DNA of 63,317 bases, counting the filler, from Octopus bimaculoides (Eukaryota): the NCBI RefSeq assembly GCF_001194135.2. It is 6 parts of 6 records of this genome, joined end to end, with 100 filler letters (N's around TTAATTAATTAA, not from the genome) between each part and the next. Parts side by side here need not be neighbours in the genome. Positions count along the whole stretch, not along the records: positions 1 to 10,691 come from NC_068998.1; positions 10,792 to 23,329 come from NC_068985.1; 4 more parts are not named here. The stretch is one strand, 5' to 3'. Below the pieces are notes generated by a model. The model was not told the DNA's origin, searched no databases, and saw only the letters and a program-made list of their open reading frames with translations. Made by a program: the position numbers and the translations under genes. Of this stretch, positions 1-12,175 are shown one piece after another; within the stretch, counting starts at the first letter, position 1, and each line of letters begins with the position of its first letter.

Positions 1-46
<46 letters not shown>

Positions 47-285
47 GTGTGTCTGTATGTTTGTACGTATGTATATTTGTTTCTGTATGTATATTTGTAT
101 GTGTGTATATGCACACACATACATACACACACACACACATTAGTTATAGTAGTATTCAATAGCGGAGAAATATAAGTGTCATTAAGAATGGCTAATGTTA
201 TAAAAATTCACAATATATTCTAACATATCCATAAATTTATGGTTTATATTGGTACCAGGAAAAGATATACTTATGTATGTGTGAG

Positions 286-591
286 TGTGTGTGCTAATGA
301 GTTTGCTTGTGTGTATTAGTGTGTGGGTGTGTATATATATATGTATATATATATGTATATATATATGTATATATATATGGATATATATATGTATATATAT
401 ATGTATATATATATGTATATATATATGTATATATATATGTATATATATATGTATATATATATGTATATATATATATGTATATATATATATGTATATATAT
501 ATATGTATATATATATGTATATATATATGTATATATATATATGTATATATATATATATGTATATATATATGTATATATATATATGTATATA

Positions 592-650
<59 letters not shown>

Positions 651-673
651 ATATATATATGTATATATATATG

Positions 674-709
<36 letters not shown>

Positions 710-736
710 TGTATGTATGTATGTATGTATGTATGT
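286..736. repeat. Compound microsatellite: (TA)4-6TG units, then (TA)n, (TG)n and (TATG)n
   Basis: Directly visible; explains all ORFs at 182-781. (TA)n also occupies 1-45. Confidence 0.97.
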
Positions 737-1611
737 AGCTAGAGAGAGAAATATGAAATAAAGACAAGTATGATTCTGCAAGATGTTTATTCCGTCATCC
801 TATTCCTCTCATTTTTTCGTCACAATCAGAAAAATTATTTCAAAATTCAATCAAGTTTTTGTGGATATTTTTTAAAACACATTTTTGTTTTCATATTTAT
901 TTAGTAGTTTAGTACTACTAAGAAGTCGGTATTTCAATATACTTAATCCCACTATTATATTTACGTGTGTGAGCAGTTTACAATATATATATTCAAATAT
1001 ATAATTCTACCAAGGCTATATTTGAGTACAAAGCATTTTATTTATTATAAATAGTAGTCTCTTTATCTGAACAAGCTGCACAGCTTATTTGTTTACACTG
1101 ATCAAATGCTTGTGCTGCACAAAAGCTCACACCCTCTGTCAAATTGCTATTGATTGCAAAAGTGCATGGTGTTCCACACATCAGATGTTAAAATGATTGC
1201 AGAGCAATTTGAGAGGTACTGAGTTTCTCAAGAACTCACTACAATACTGGATCAACCATTAAGCAAAATTCTCATGTGCTTAGGGTATCAAGAGAAGGAG
1301 GGGGCATCACAGAAATTGTAAATGGTTTACGGCACAAAAGAAATCACTTTAAACATGCTAAGATAATATTCGGGATGCCTTTATCTCTATTAAGAATAGA
1401 TGCAGATGTGTTGCCTAAGATTATTTTGAGGATCTGATCAAAGACTTTGCAATTCAAAAAAGTAGGAGGAAACTTTTCAAATATAAATACAGTGGAAGTA
1501 TACAAGAATAAACATTATTTTCCCTCGTACTGGTTTGATTCGTTTTGAAAAACAAAAATTTATTTTATGGTTTGTTATTGTTTCTATTTTGAATTACATA
1601 ATCGTTTATAG

Positions 1612-1730
1612 GGGCCTCGATGGCTCTTAATCCAGCCGTGACTCAAAGCACCAATGCACCATCTGGTTTGGTAGTCAAACTGATAACCTTGAGATTGTGA
1701 GTGCAACATCCCAACTACCCTATGTGCCTT
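1612..1730 (-). mobile_element. Degenerate tRNA-derived SINE fragment (family C, V-domain-like)
   Basis: Reverse complement carries the ...gttgcactcacaatctcaagg... head shared with 49755-50028 and 58965-59215. Confidence 0.45.
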
Positions 1731-2080
1731 CACTTATTTATCATAGAGTGTTTTAAATTAACTCTCTTAGAACCAATATGAAACAACCAGATCAAAATAG
1801 GGTGGAAAACTTAGGCATGGTTGTGTGGTAAGGAGCTTGCTTCTCAATCACATGGTCATCATAACCAATGGAGTGCCAGCAGTCAAGAGGAAGGGACTGT
1901 GATTAAGGGCCTTTAAAGACTTTCTGGGACCAATTCGAGGATTTAGGAAACATGAATTAGTGAAAAGAGTTTGTGTGGAAGGAAGGGAATACATTTGTGT
2001 TTGTGCTTAGTGAGAGAAAGTTTCTGTCTGTCTATATGTACATTATCATGTGTATATGTTTGTGAGTATATTTAACGTCA

Positions 2081-2500
2081 TACTCTTTTACTCTTTTACT
2101 TGTTTCAGTCATTTGACTGCGGCCATGCTGGAGCACCGCCTTTAGTCAAGAAAATCAACCCCAGGACTTATTCTTTGTAAGCCTAGTACTTATTCTATCA
2201 GTCTCTTCGTGCCGAACCGCTAAGTTACGGGACCGTAAACACACCAGCATTGGTTGTCAAGCGAAGTTGGGGGGGACAAACACAAACACACAAACACNNN
2301 NNNNNNNATATATATATATATATATATACACATATATGCAACGGGGTTCTTTCAGATTCCATCAACCAAATCCACTCACAGGGCTTTGGTTGGCCCGAAA
2401 CTATAGTAGAAGGCACTTGCCCAAGGTGCCATGCAGTGGGACTGAACCAGGAGCCATGTGGTTGGTAAGCAAGCTACTTACCACACAGCCACTCCTGCCC
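2081..2500 (-). mobile_element. SINE family A, full copy: tRNA-like/CORE-like head, internal microsatellite, (AAAGAGT)n tail
   Basis: Reverse complement begins ...gtggctgtgtggtaagtagcttgcttaccaaccacatgg...gggcaagtg and ends ggtgctccagcatggccgcagtcaaatgactgaaacaagtaaaagagtaaaagag. Many near-identical copies occur in this window. Confidence 0.9.
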
Positions 2501-3190
2501 CTATGTCATGCGAACGTTTTTGTGTGTATCTGTCTGTCTGTGTATTTAGGAGTGTTTGGGTGTGTTCATCTGTCCGTGTGTGTTATGAGGATCTATGTGA
2601 ATTGGAGTGTAAACCTAGAGTGACAATGTGCGTATCAGTGGGAATAACAGAGGAGATTATCTATGTTTGTGCATAACATAGATTAACTGTGTACATGTTG
2701 TGTGTGTGAGTGTCCATGCATGTGTGTGTGTGTATAGGTGTGTAGATGAAGAGGGGATTGTGACCAGAAAGTAGAGAAGACAGAGGAGTGTGAGAAGTCG
2801 AAGAATGTAAGCTTAAATAATTAAATTTTGGCAAGGAAATGCAATTATTCTGGCCATTTCGTATCTTTTGAGACAAGATTTTGTCTGAATATGTATATAT
2901 TGGGAGAGTGTATATACAAACACACACACACGTATAGTTAAAAATATGTATATTTATGAGATACATATATCTTTATGTATTTCTCTCTACCCCACACTTT
3001 CACTCCTTCTCTCTCTCTTTCTGTTTGTGTGTATATGTGTACATGTGTATGCATGTGTGCCTACATGTGTGTGTTTGTGTATATCTATGTACATATTTTA
3101 AGAGAGTTGTTACAACAATAGACAGACTGCAAACTCCATTCAAATCATATTATATATTTTGCACTTGTAGGGCTGATTAAAAAAAAAAAA

Positions 3191-3540
3191 TGGTACAGCT
3201 GTGTGGTAATAAACTTGCTTGCAAACCATATGGTTCCAGGTTCAATCTCACTACATGGCACCTTAGGCAAGTGTCTTCTTCTATAGCCTTAGGCCAACCA
3301 AAACCTTGTGGGATTTGATTTGGCAATCGGAAACTAAACGTGTGTGTGTGTGTCACTTTGTATTTGTCTCTCAGCACTACTCAAGAACTGCTGTTGGTGT
3401 GTCTACATTCCCATAACTTAGCAGTTTAGCTAAAAGTTACTGATAGAATAAGCATCAGGATTTAAAGAAAAAAATTACTGGGTCGATTTGTTTGACTAAG
3501 ATCCTTCAAAATGTTGCTCCAGAATAGTCGCAATCTATTG
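3191..3540 (+). mobile_element. SINE family A, diverged full copy
   Basis: Head gctgtgtggtaataaacttgcttgcaaaccatatggttccagg, internal (TG)n, tail ...ggggtcgatttgtttgactaag...gctccagaatagtcgcaatc. Confidence 0.8.
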
Positions 3541-3993
3541 ATTAAAGAAGGAAAGGATANNNNNNNNNNNNNNNNNNNNNNNNNNNNNNNNNNNNNNNNN
3601 NNNNNNNNNNNNNNNNNNNNNNNNNNNNNNNNNNNNNNNNNNNNNNNNNNNNNNNNNNNNNNNNNNNNNNNNNNNNNNNNNNNNNNNNNNNNNNNNNNNN
3701 NNNNNNNNNNNNNNNNNNNNNNNNNNNNNNNNNNNNNNNNNNNNNNNNNNNNNNNNNNNNNNNNNNNNNNNNNNNNNNNNNNNNNNNNNNNNNNNNNNNN
3801 NNNNNNNNNNNNNNNNNNNNNNNNNNNNNNNNNNNNNNNNNNNNNNNNNNNNNNNNNNNNNNNNNNNNNNNNNNNNNNNNNNNNNNNNNNNNNNNNNNNN
3901 NNNNNNNNNNNNNNNNNNNNNNNNNNNNNNNNNNNNNNNNNNNNNNNNNNNNNNNNNNNNNNNNNNNNNNNNNNNACATATATATGTGTGTAT

Positions 3994-4039
<46 letters not shown>

Positions 4040-4381
4040 TTATAATCAAGGATAACATCTATATAGGATTTTATCAACTAGCTGGCATGTAATAAACCAG
4101 GTAAAAAATTAATACAAAATATTTAATTTTGTATATATAATTATAATGCATTTCGCACTTGTCTTGCTTTTGTAAGTTGGTTCTCTGACGATGAATTTAT
4201 GTGCATTTCCAGCACCTCTTTCTTCTTTGGAGTAGAGTGCATATAAATTTTCAAACATATGTAGGAATTAAAGGAACTTATTGATCATATGCATTTTGCT
4301 CCATTTATTATTATTCTTCATATATATATATATATATATATAGATACACACACACACCCTTCGGTGTTTTATGTTTATATC

Positions 4382-4399
<18 letters not shown>

Positions 4400-4417
<18 letters not shown>

Positions 4418-4570
4418 CAGTTGAAATTTACAAAAAACAAAAGATGAAGACGGGTGTGTAAACAACAAACAAGTGTATTAGTTTAATGCTCTGGAAAGTG
4501 AGAAAGTCTCTTGCATTTCGAGCCTATGCTCTTTAACAGAAAGGAACATGAGAAAATAAACAGGGAGAGA
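4400..4570 (-). mobile_element. Probable Penelope-type terminal fragment
   Basis: Reverse complement ctgttaaagagcataggctcgaaatgcaagagac resembles the CTGANGA...CGAAAC motif region of Penelope termini; degenerate. Confidence 0.35.
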
Positions 4571-5604
4571 TTAAAACAATGCTTCAGTGGCTAGCAATAA
4601 AGGTATGTGTGTGTGTGTGTGTGTTACGTATGTTAACTGGAGAATTATACTATACTTAGTTGAACAAATGACTGAAAAGACTAGTATAATAATGAGTTAT
4701 CTCTATTCTTTAATCGTAAGTCAGATAAACAGCAAGCAAAAATATTGTAATTCTAATAGTAAGCAAATTGAAATTAAATCATCTTTTTTCTGTCCTGCAC
4801 TTGTAACTCTTATTTGAAGAGGTCAGAATGAATAATTGACCGACTGATTACAGTATCAAACTCAACAATTCCCTAGTGTTTATCATGCCAAATACTCTGC
4901 TTTATCATATCTACTTACGGCCATGTTGACGCTTCGGCTAATGTTTAAGTTACTTTGCAAGACTGAACTGTTAATCTAAGACATTTACTTTCTTAATATT
5001 TTTATCACAAACGGGTACAAAAATCCACATTACAGAAATGTATTGATAGCCAGCAAAGAATTATGAGGGTCATTCTACGTCAGTGGTTCCCAACATTTTC
5101 CCATTGCAACCCATTTTAATATTGCAATAATTCTTTGTGGACACTTTTTGAAAAAAAATTGACTAAAAGACATTGGCACATACTTTTATTTGGTACTTTT
5201 CTTGGGAAGACATTCTTCAGTTTATGTTGTGTTATGTAGCTTATGCCAAAGTTACAGATTTGTGTGTGTGATCCTTTCAGAATTGTGCTGCAGGTTAATG
5301 TGTGCCATGACTAACAGTTTTGGAAGGAACTGCTGTTCTCAGTAGCCTCTTGACCTGTCTAATGCAGCATCAAAATCTCAGATGATCGTTCATTTTAGTT
5401 ACATGCAAATACAAACAACCAAATATTTATTATAAAAGCATTACACAGCACTGGATTAACCATCAAGTAAAATAAGCACATACTTAAGGCATCAAGAAAA
5501 AGTGGTGGTGCACCACAGAAATGGTAAAGGATAAAAATGGTAAAGGATAAAAATGGTACGGGGTAAAAAGTGTACAAACGAAACCATTTTAGACCTTCTT
5601 TTCT

Positions 5605-6037
5605 TTTATTCTTTCATTCGTTTCAGTCATTTGACTGCGGCCATGCTGGAGCACCACCTTTAGTCGAACAAATCGACCCCAGGACTTACTCTTTGTAAGC
5701 CTAGTACTTATTCTATCGATCTCTTTTGCCGAATCGCTAAGTTACGGGGACATAAACACACCAGCATTGGTTGTCAAGCGATGTTGGGGGAACAAACACA
5801 GACACACAAACATATACACACACATACATACATATATNNNNNNNNNNNNNNNNNNNNNNNNNNNNNNNNNNNNNNNNNNNNNNNNNNNNNNNNNNNNNNN
5901 NNNNNNNNNNNNNNNNNNNNNNNNNNNNNNNNNNNNNNNNNNNNNNNNNNNNNNNNNNNNNNNNNNNNNNNNNNNNNNNNNNNNNNNNNNNNNNNNNNNN
6001 NNNNNNNNNNNNNNNNNNNNNNNNNNNNNNNNNNNNN

Positions 6038-6080
<43 letters not shown>

Positions 6081-6100
6081 ACAGGTTTCTTTCAGTTTCT
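5605..6100 (-). mobile_element. SINE family A, gapped in its internal microsatellite, head truncated
   Basis: Tail at 5605-5790 is nearly identical to 2081-2270. Confidence 0.85.
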
Positions 6101-6980
6101 TGTTTCTTTACTGCCCAGAAGGGGCTACACACAGAGGGGACAAAATAAATGAAGGCAAGACAATATCAATAAAATAACTTCAAATCAAAATAATCATTTT
6201 AAAAATAAAGCAATAAAAACATTCCATTTCATTTTATTGATTTGTATTATTCTGTAAATACTATCATGACACTGATTGTACAAACTACTCGGATGTCATC
6301 AAAGAGTTAGCTGCAACATATCTCCCTTTCCTTTTGTTTTAACCCTCATTCAGTGTCCTGTTTACCTGGTTCCTTGTTTGTCTTTGTATGTCTAGAAAGA
6401 GTCTTTACCTGTCTCACAAAATATCATTATTTAGAATGGATTAGATGTAGCTCCCTTAAGGCTGTTGCCTAAAATATATTTCAGAAGCAACCATAAATTG
6501 TTTTTAATTACTACAATATAACAGTGTACACTTATACTTCCCATCACTTTTAAAACGGGGACAGCACAATTTCATATCATTACCCCTTTTTCAGACTTTT
6601 AACCTCATCACTAAAGATGAAAGATGGTTTTCAATATTTATATTTACATTATGTTTGGGTGAGTTTTATCTCCAATCATCATCAGATCAAATTCAATGAA
6701 ACATACTTCAGATGTAAATATTTTTGAAAAAATCTTTCATCTCTAAAGATGAAATTAATAGTCTGACAAATGGTAATTTTATTAACCACAACTCAGATAT
6801 TTAATTACACAAACTGCATTATAAGTTTCTACATAAATGTGCAATATATAGTCGCATTGGTCTTAACTAATTCCATTGCAGGTATGGATGCGTGGTTAGG
6901 CTGATCACTTTACAACTATGTGGTTTCAGATTCAACACCACAGCACACATACATCTCTCTCTCTCCCTCTCTCCCTTTCC

Positions 6981-7021
<41 letters not shown>

Positions 7022-7207
7022 CTTCTTTCTCTCTCTCTCCCTCTTTCTCTGTCTCTCTCTATGTATATATATATGTATACACCGTAGTACATCTCCAGCT
7101 TTAGAAGCTGTGCAAAGGCAATAATAATAATAAGAAGAAGAAGAAGAATAGTAATAGTGCTACTACTACTACTAATAATAATAATAGTAATAATAATAAA
7201 AGACTCA

Positions 7208-7365
7208 AGTTTTGGCACAAGGCCTGAAATTTTGAGGGAGGGGATAAGTTGATTTCATCGACGCCAGTACTCTGCTGGAATTTTATCGAACCAATCCTGA
7301 AAAGATACAAGGCAATGCTTACCTCAATAAAATTCAAACTCAGGATGTAAGGCCAGTTTACTGCC
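7208..7365 (-). mobile_element. SINE family B (Nin/Deu-domain-like) remnant
   Basis: tttggcacaaggcctgaaatttt...gataagttgatttcatcgac is the reverse complement of the family B 3' end. Confidence 0.7.
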
Positions 7366-8299
7366 TTAACAATTTATTTTATTGATATTCATAATGAGTG
7401 TGTTTCATGTGAATTTGGTACTGGCATGCAGGTATGGAAGCCGTTTGACAAGGCCGTCCTTGGTTTTGGGGCAGCATCGCAAACCAGTCATCTGCAAGCA
7501 TTTGATCAGTTTCCAGTTTGAAGATAACAAACAGCCCTTTATCTCAACAGTCTTGCAAACCTCAAAAAGGGTCAGGGGCACTGCTCCTGCTCATTCTCCT
7601 CTGACTGATTGAAAAAAAAAATGGAATATCTTCAAAGATATACATATTCATGACGGTGCAGTGAGATGGCATATGAAAACCTCAGTCTTGGTAATGACTC
7701 TGCATTTATTCACCACACATTCTCACTTTAATATCCATTCCTTCAATAATGCTAATAATAATAATAATAATAATAATAACAATAATAATAATAACAACAA
7801 TANNNNNNNNNNNNNNNNNNNNNNNNNNNNNNNNNNNNNNNNNNNNNNNNNNNNNNNNNNNNNNNNNNNNNNNNNNNNNNNNNNNNNNNNNNNNNNNNNN
7901 NNATATATATATATATACATACACATACATATATATATATACAAATATTATTAACATATATATGTATAGTTATTATGTATATATGTATACACACATACAC
8001 ACACATACATACATACATACATACACACACAAACACACACACATATATGCTGAAAGGTAAAGGGCTAAAGAAGGTTTTTATAAGCACAAAATCAGTGAGC
8101 ATTAATTTAATAAAGGACTCGTTTCATCTTTGGAGTAAAACATTGCCAATTATCTTATTGACAGTGACTCTGAAGTTTAGAGTTTGTTGACCTCACCAAA
8201 TGGGACAAGACGAACAGACAAACTTCAAAGTCCCTTCCAGTAATGAATGCACACACACACACACACACACATATGTACACAAACACACTCACATTTAAC

Positions 8300-8700
8300 A
8301 TACACGTGGTGGACAGAATACTCAGTGAGCCATTAGACCTCATGATCTGGTGTTCTTCAGAAAGGCGTACTGTCTCACCTAATTTTCATGTCGGTGATTA
8401 TGTGACGAGAAGACTAATAAGAAACTCATTGATCTAGATTACGCTGATAACTTCTGATGATTATAAGAACAACTGCAGAAATACAACATATATTGGTTGG
8501 TTTAATAAGAGAAGGAAGCCAGTTTAGTAAAGTTTCTAACAGTTCAGAGACAACAATGTTGAACATAAATTATGACAATTGACCCATTGAGAGCATTGAA
8601 GGAGAAATAGTACAGACTATTGAACAGATTATGGTTACAGATTATGGCTCACTGTGTATGGAGTGTCAGGAAATAATTAAAAATGTAGAATATGCACTGT
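8300..8700 (+). mobile_element. Decayed RTE-like LINE reverse-transcriptase fragment
   Basis: Frameshifted motifs GVLQKGVLS...DYVTRR and LIDLDYADNF, corresponding to the RT QG/YADD region. Confidence 0.6.
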
Positions 8701-8794
8701 GCATGTAAAACTTTATGGTAGAAGTTCAACTGTCTCTTGATACACACAAAAGGTAAAACTTTATATATCCTAGATATCAATATTATTTTATAGC

Positions 8795-8925
8795 AGAGTT
8801 CAAATTCCACTGAGGTCGACTTTGCCCTTTATCCTTTCAAGGTCAATAAATTAAATTCCAGTTACATACTGAGGTCGATCTAATCAACTAGCCCCTTCCC
8901 CAATCGGGTCTTGTGCCCTACAGTA
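8795..8925 (+). mobile_element. SINE family B, 3' half
   Basis: B-box gagttcaaattcc followed by gaggtcgactttgccctttatcctttcaaggtcaataaa (Nin/Deu-like core). Confidence 0.75.
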
Positions 8926-9004
8926 GAAAAAATACTATTCTATAGCATAAATATTGGCACAGTACAGCTATATCAGATGCTTGATTCATAACTTTTGAGC
9001 TCAA

Positions 9005-9146
9005 ATCCTTCTTGCTTACCAACCACATGGTTCTGGGTTCAGTTCCACTGTGTGGAATCTTGCGCATGTGTCTTCTACTATAGCCTAGGGCTGACCAAAG
9101 CCTTGTGAGTGGATTTGGTAGACAGAAACTGAAAGAAACTTGTCGT
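9005..9146 (+). mobile_element. SINE family A head, running into (TA)n and a gap
   Basis: cttgcttaccaaccacatggttctgggttcagttccactg...ggatttggtagacagaaactgaaagaaac. Confidence 0.85.
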
Positions 9147-9168
9147 GTGTGTGTGTGTATATATATAG

Positions 9169-9207
<39 letters not shown>

Positions 9208-9880
9208 NNNNNNNNNNNNNNNNNNNNNNNNNNNNNNNNNNNNNNNNNNNNNNNNNNNNNNNNNNNNNNNNNNNNNNNNNNNNNNNNNNNNNNNNNNNNN
9301 NNNNNNNNNNNNNNNNNNNNNNNNNNNNNNNNNNNNNNNNNNNNNNNNNNNNNNNNNNNNNNNNNNNNNNNNNNNNNNNNNNNNNNNNNNNNNNNNNNNN
9401 NNNNNNNNNNNNNNNNNNNNNNNNNNNNNNNNNNNNNNNNNNNNNNNNNNNNNNNNNNNNNNNNNNNNNNNNNNNNNNNNNNNNNNNNNNNNNNNNNNNN
9501 NNNNNNNNNNNNNNNNNNNNNNNNNNNNNNNNNNNNNNNNNNNNNNNNNNNNNNNNNNNNNNNNNNNNNNNNNNNNNNNNNNNNNNNNNNNNNNNNNNNN
9601 NNNNNNNNNNNNNNNNNNNNNNNNNNNNNNNNNNNNNNNNNNNNNNNNNNNNNNNNNNNNNNNNNNNNNNNNNNNNNNNNNNNNNNNNNNNNNNNNNNNN
9701 NNNNNNNNNNNNNNNNNNNNNNNNNNNNNNNNNNNNNNNNNNNNNNNNNNNNNNNNNNNNNNNNNNNNNNNNNNNNNNNNNNNNNNNNNNNNNNNNNNNN
9801 NNNNNNNNNNNNNNNNNNNNNNNNNNNNNNNNNNNNNNNNNNNNNNNNNNNNNNNNNNNNNNNNNNNNNNNNNNNNNNNN

Positions 9881-10070
9881 GTACAAGCTCCATTTATTCA
9901 TGTGGTGAGAACACCACAGAAAATACAATGAAAATGTACTCCTCAGCTGCGTAATGGAATTTCATTTTAGAAAGTCATTTCTAAAATGAAATTCCATTAC
10001 GCAGCTGAGGAGTACATTTTCATTGTATTTACTGTGGTGTTCTCACCACATGAATAAATGGAGCTTGTAC
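9881..10070. repeat. Near-perfect palindrome: 93-bp arms, one mismatch, 4-nt loop; left end cut by a gap
   Basis: 9881-9973 is the reverse complement of 9978-10070 except for one substitution (cacagAaaat vs cacagTaaat); loop GTCA. Confidence 0.95.
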
Positions 10071-10386
10071 GAAACGTACGCACTGCTATAACCTATTGAA
10101 TTTTTGTTGCTTAACTTCAAATTTTATTCACCAAATCTCTTGATTTTGTTTTTGGTTTTTATCCTACCAAATTCTGGTGCCTCAAACATTTTAAGTACCA
10201 CATTTAATCTTTTGATTAAATCTATATTATTATTCACATACATATATATTTATACATACACGCACACACATATATACATATATATACACAGACACAGATA
10301 CAAACACATACACACACATGAATAAGACTATGATGATCATACTTTTCATTTTGTCAGATGATAACCATCTCATCATGCAAAGTTCA

Positions 10387-10437
<51 letters not shown>

Positions 10438-10691
10438 ATGTATTTTATCTCTTTTTCAGGAGAGAAGGGCATTGCCAATGCACTTTTATAGGGTCCCCTT
10501 GAGAGGCAGGATAGAAGTAGAAAAGTAAACACAAAAAAATCCAGGTCTGGATTGAATGCTTGTAAAAGTTCCCCAAGGGGTACACTGCAGGGTTAAGCAG
10601 ACTGAGTCTATCACCCTTCTAGGCCACAGCAGGATTTGAACTTAGAGTGAGAAAATAAAATACCAGAAGGCATTTTGTTTAAGGTGCTAAT

Positions 10692-10791
10692 NNNNNNNNN
10701 NNNNNNNNNNNNNNNNNNNNNNNNNNNNNNNNNNNTTAATTAATTAANNNNNNNNNNNNNNNNNNNNNNNNNNNNNNNNNNNNNNNNNNNN
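10692..10791. other. Artificial scaffold join (44 N + TTAATTAATTAA + 44 N)
   Basis: An identical 100-bp pad occurs five times; the palindromic 12-mer places TAA in all six frames. Confidence 0.95.
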
Positions 10792-11054
10792 AACAGAAAC
10801 AATTCCTATCATAGTAGGTGCCTTAGGTATAATAAAAAAATATTCAAACAAATACATAACAAAAACACCAGGACTTACAAATATATATAACATACAGAAA
10901 ATTGCACTACTGGGTACTGCACACATTCTACGCAAAACACTTTCAATACAGTAAACATAAGAGCACCACAGCAAACCACAGCACATACCCAAGGCGCACA
11001 GAGCTGCGCTCGCTAGTGAAGTGAAAGCACGTTATAAAAATAAAACTACTGAAC
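10792..11054 (+). mobile_element. 3' end of an R4/Dong-like non-LTR retrotransposon (restriction-like endonuclease clade)
   Basis: 10793-10954 encodes TETIPIIVGALGIIKK...IQKIALLGTAHILRKTLSIQ*, the IPxxxGALG...QKxxLLGTAxILR tail of RLE-type LINEs. A short 3' UTR runs into (AAT)n. Confidence 0.8.

Positions 11055-11111
<57 letters not shown>
11055..11111. repeat. (AAT)19 microsatellite
   Basis: Directly visible. Confidence 0.98.
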
Positions 11112-11113
<2 letters not shown>

Positions 11114-11985
11114 TTTCTTTATTAACCTCTAAGTGTTCACAAGAAACATTGGGAATAGAAGGGGACAATACATTGTGGAGTTGCACAAACTGAAGTGTGC
11201 AAACAGAAACGAAATACGATAACAATATAAATCTTAACAAAAAATCCCCAAAACAGACTTCCTTGGATTGCTCACAGAGACTCCACAAACCACGGTTGCT
11301 CTGACTACTAGGGCAAATACACTGTTTCGATCCTCCTCCTTCAATCTACAAGCGCATTCTTACAGCAGGCCCGTTTACTCGGTCGAATTTTGCCGCATTC
11401 ACCCACCTTTCAATAGAATTGCTGGGAGGCAGCACTTCCCTCTCTACCCCCACCTTTCTTTTCAAGTCAAACTTGAAAAGTTCGATCAGTACTTGGTCAA
11501 AGAGGTTAGTGTATGTCTTCAGCCCTGTTAATCTGGTGCACCATACAACCTATTTAACTAAGACCACCGGGCAAAGAAACACTGCCTTCCCTTCTCGGCC
11601 AAAGGAAGGCAGTGGGACGATATTTACAATGGACTCAGCCTACAGCTGAATCTGTCCTGCACGTGGCAGTTGGTGTTCTACATAAACCCGGAAGTCAGCA
11701 ATGCTCAGGAACTGGACGACAGCATGCAGAACAGTTTATTCGCTCTGCTTGCATCTCGGGCAAGCCCGGCTGGCTGCATTTCCACGCCTGTAGAGTTTAT
11801 CCAGAACCAGCAATGCCAGCTCCACCCACACTTGTAGCACTCCCAGAAGGATTTTGGAAATTATCCATAGGCTCCGGCCCGAAAGTCTTCCGGAACAGAC
11901 CAGCCAGTTGATTCTCGTCGACATGCTTTTCTCTCGGATTCGCTAAGTTGTGTTCTGAAAAGTATCGCAGGAAACTACACACAAC
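11112..11985 (-). mobile_element. 3' portion of a Tx1/L1-like LINE, decayed
   Basis: Minus-strand peptides DKLYRRGNAASRACPRCKQSE(x)TVLHAVVQ (zf-RVT-type CxxC...H) and LFKFDLKRKVGVEREVL...ERWVNAA; AATAAA just before the (ATT)n tract. Confidence 0.75.
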
Positions 11986-12105
11986 AGTTAATTTGTTTTG
12001 CAGAAATAGTGTAGTAAATGCGAAGGGCTAGAAACTTCATAGAAGAATAATGTTACTGGAAGCTTCCAAGGAAGTGCTAACGTGTAGTACAGCACCTAAC
12101 GGAAG

Positions 12106-12175
12106 AGAAGAAGAAGAAGAAGAAGAAGAAGAAGAAGAAGAAGAAGAAGAAGAAGAAGAGCAACAACAACAACAA
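12106..12175. repeat. (GAA)n followed by (CAA)n
   Basis: Directly visible. Confidence 0.95.

Noticed and set aside
182-781. Long YI/HT/CV-rich ORFs here and throughout the track
   Set aside because: Translations of (TA)n, (CA)n and (TATG)n microsatellites or of N runs.
4506-4541. Third hammerhead candidate
   Set aside because: Core too degenerate (ctgttaaaga, gaaat); kept only as a low-confidence Penelope-type fragment.
10736-10747. Recurrent TTAATTAATTAA palindrome as a biological motif
   Set aside because: Always centred between exactly 44 N on each side; an artificial pad.
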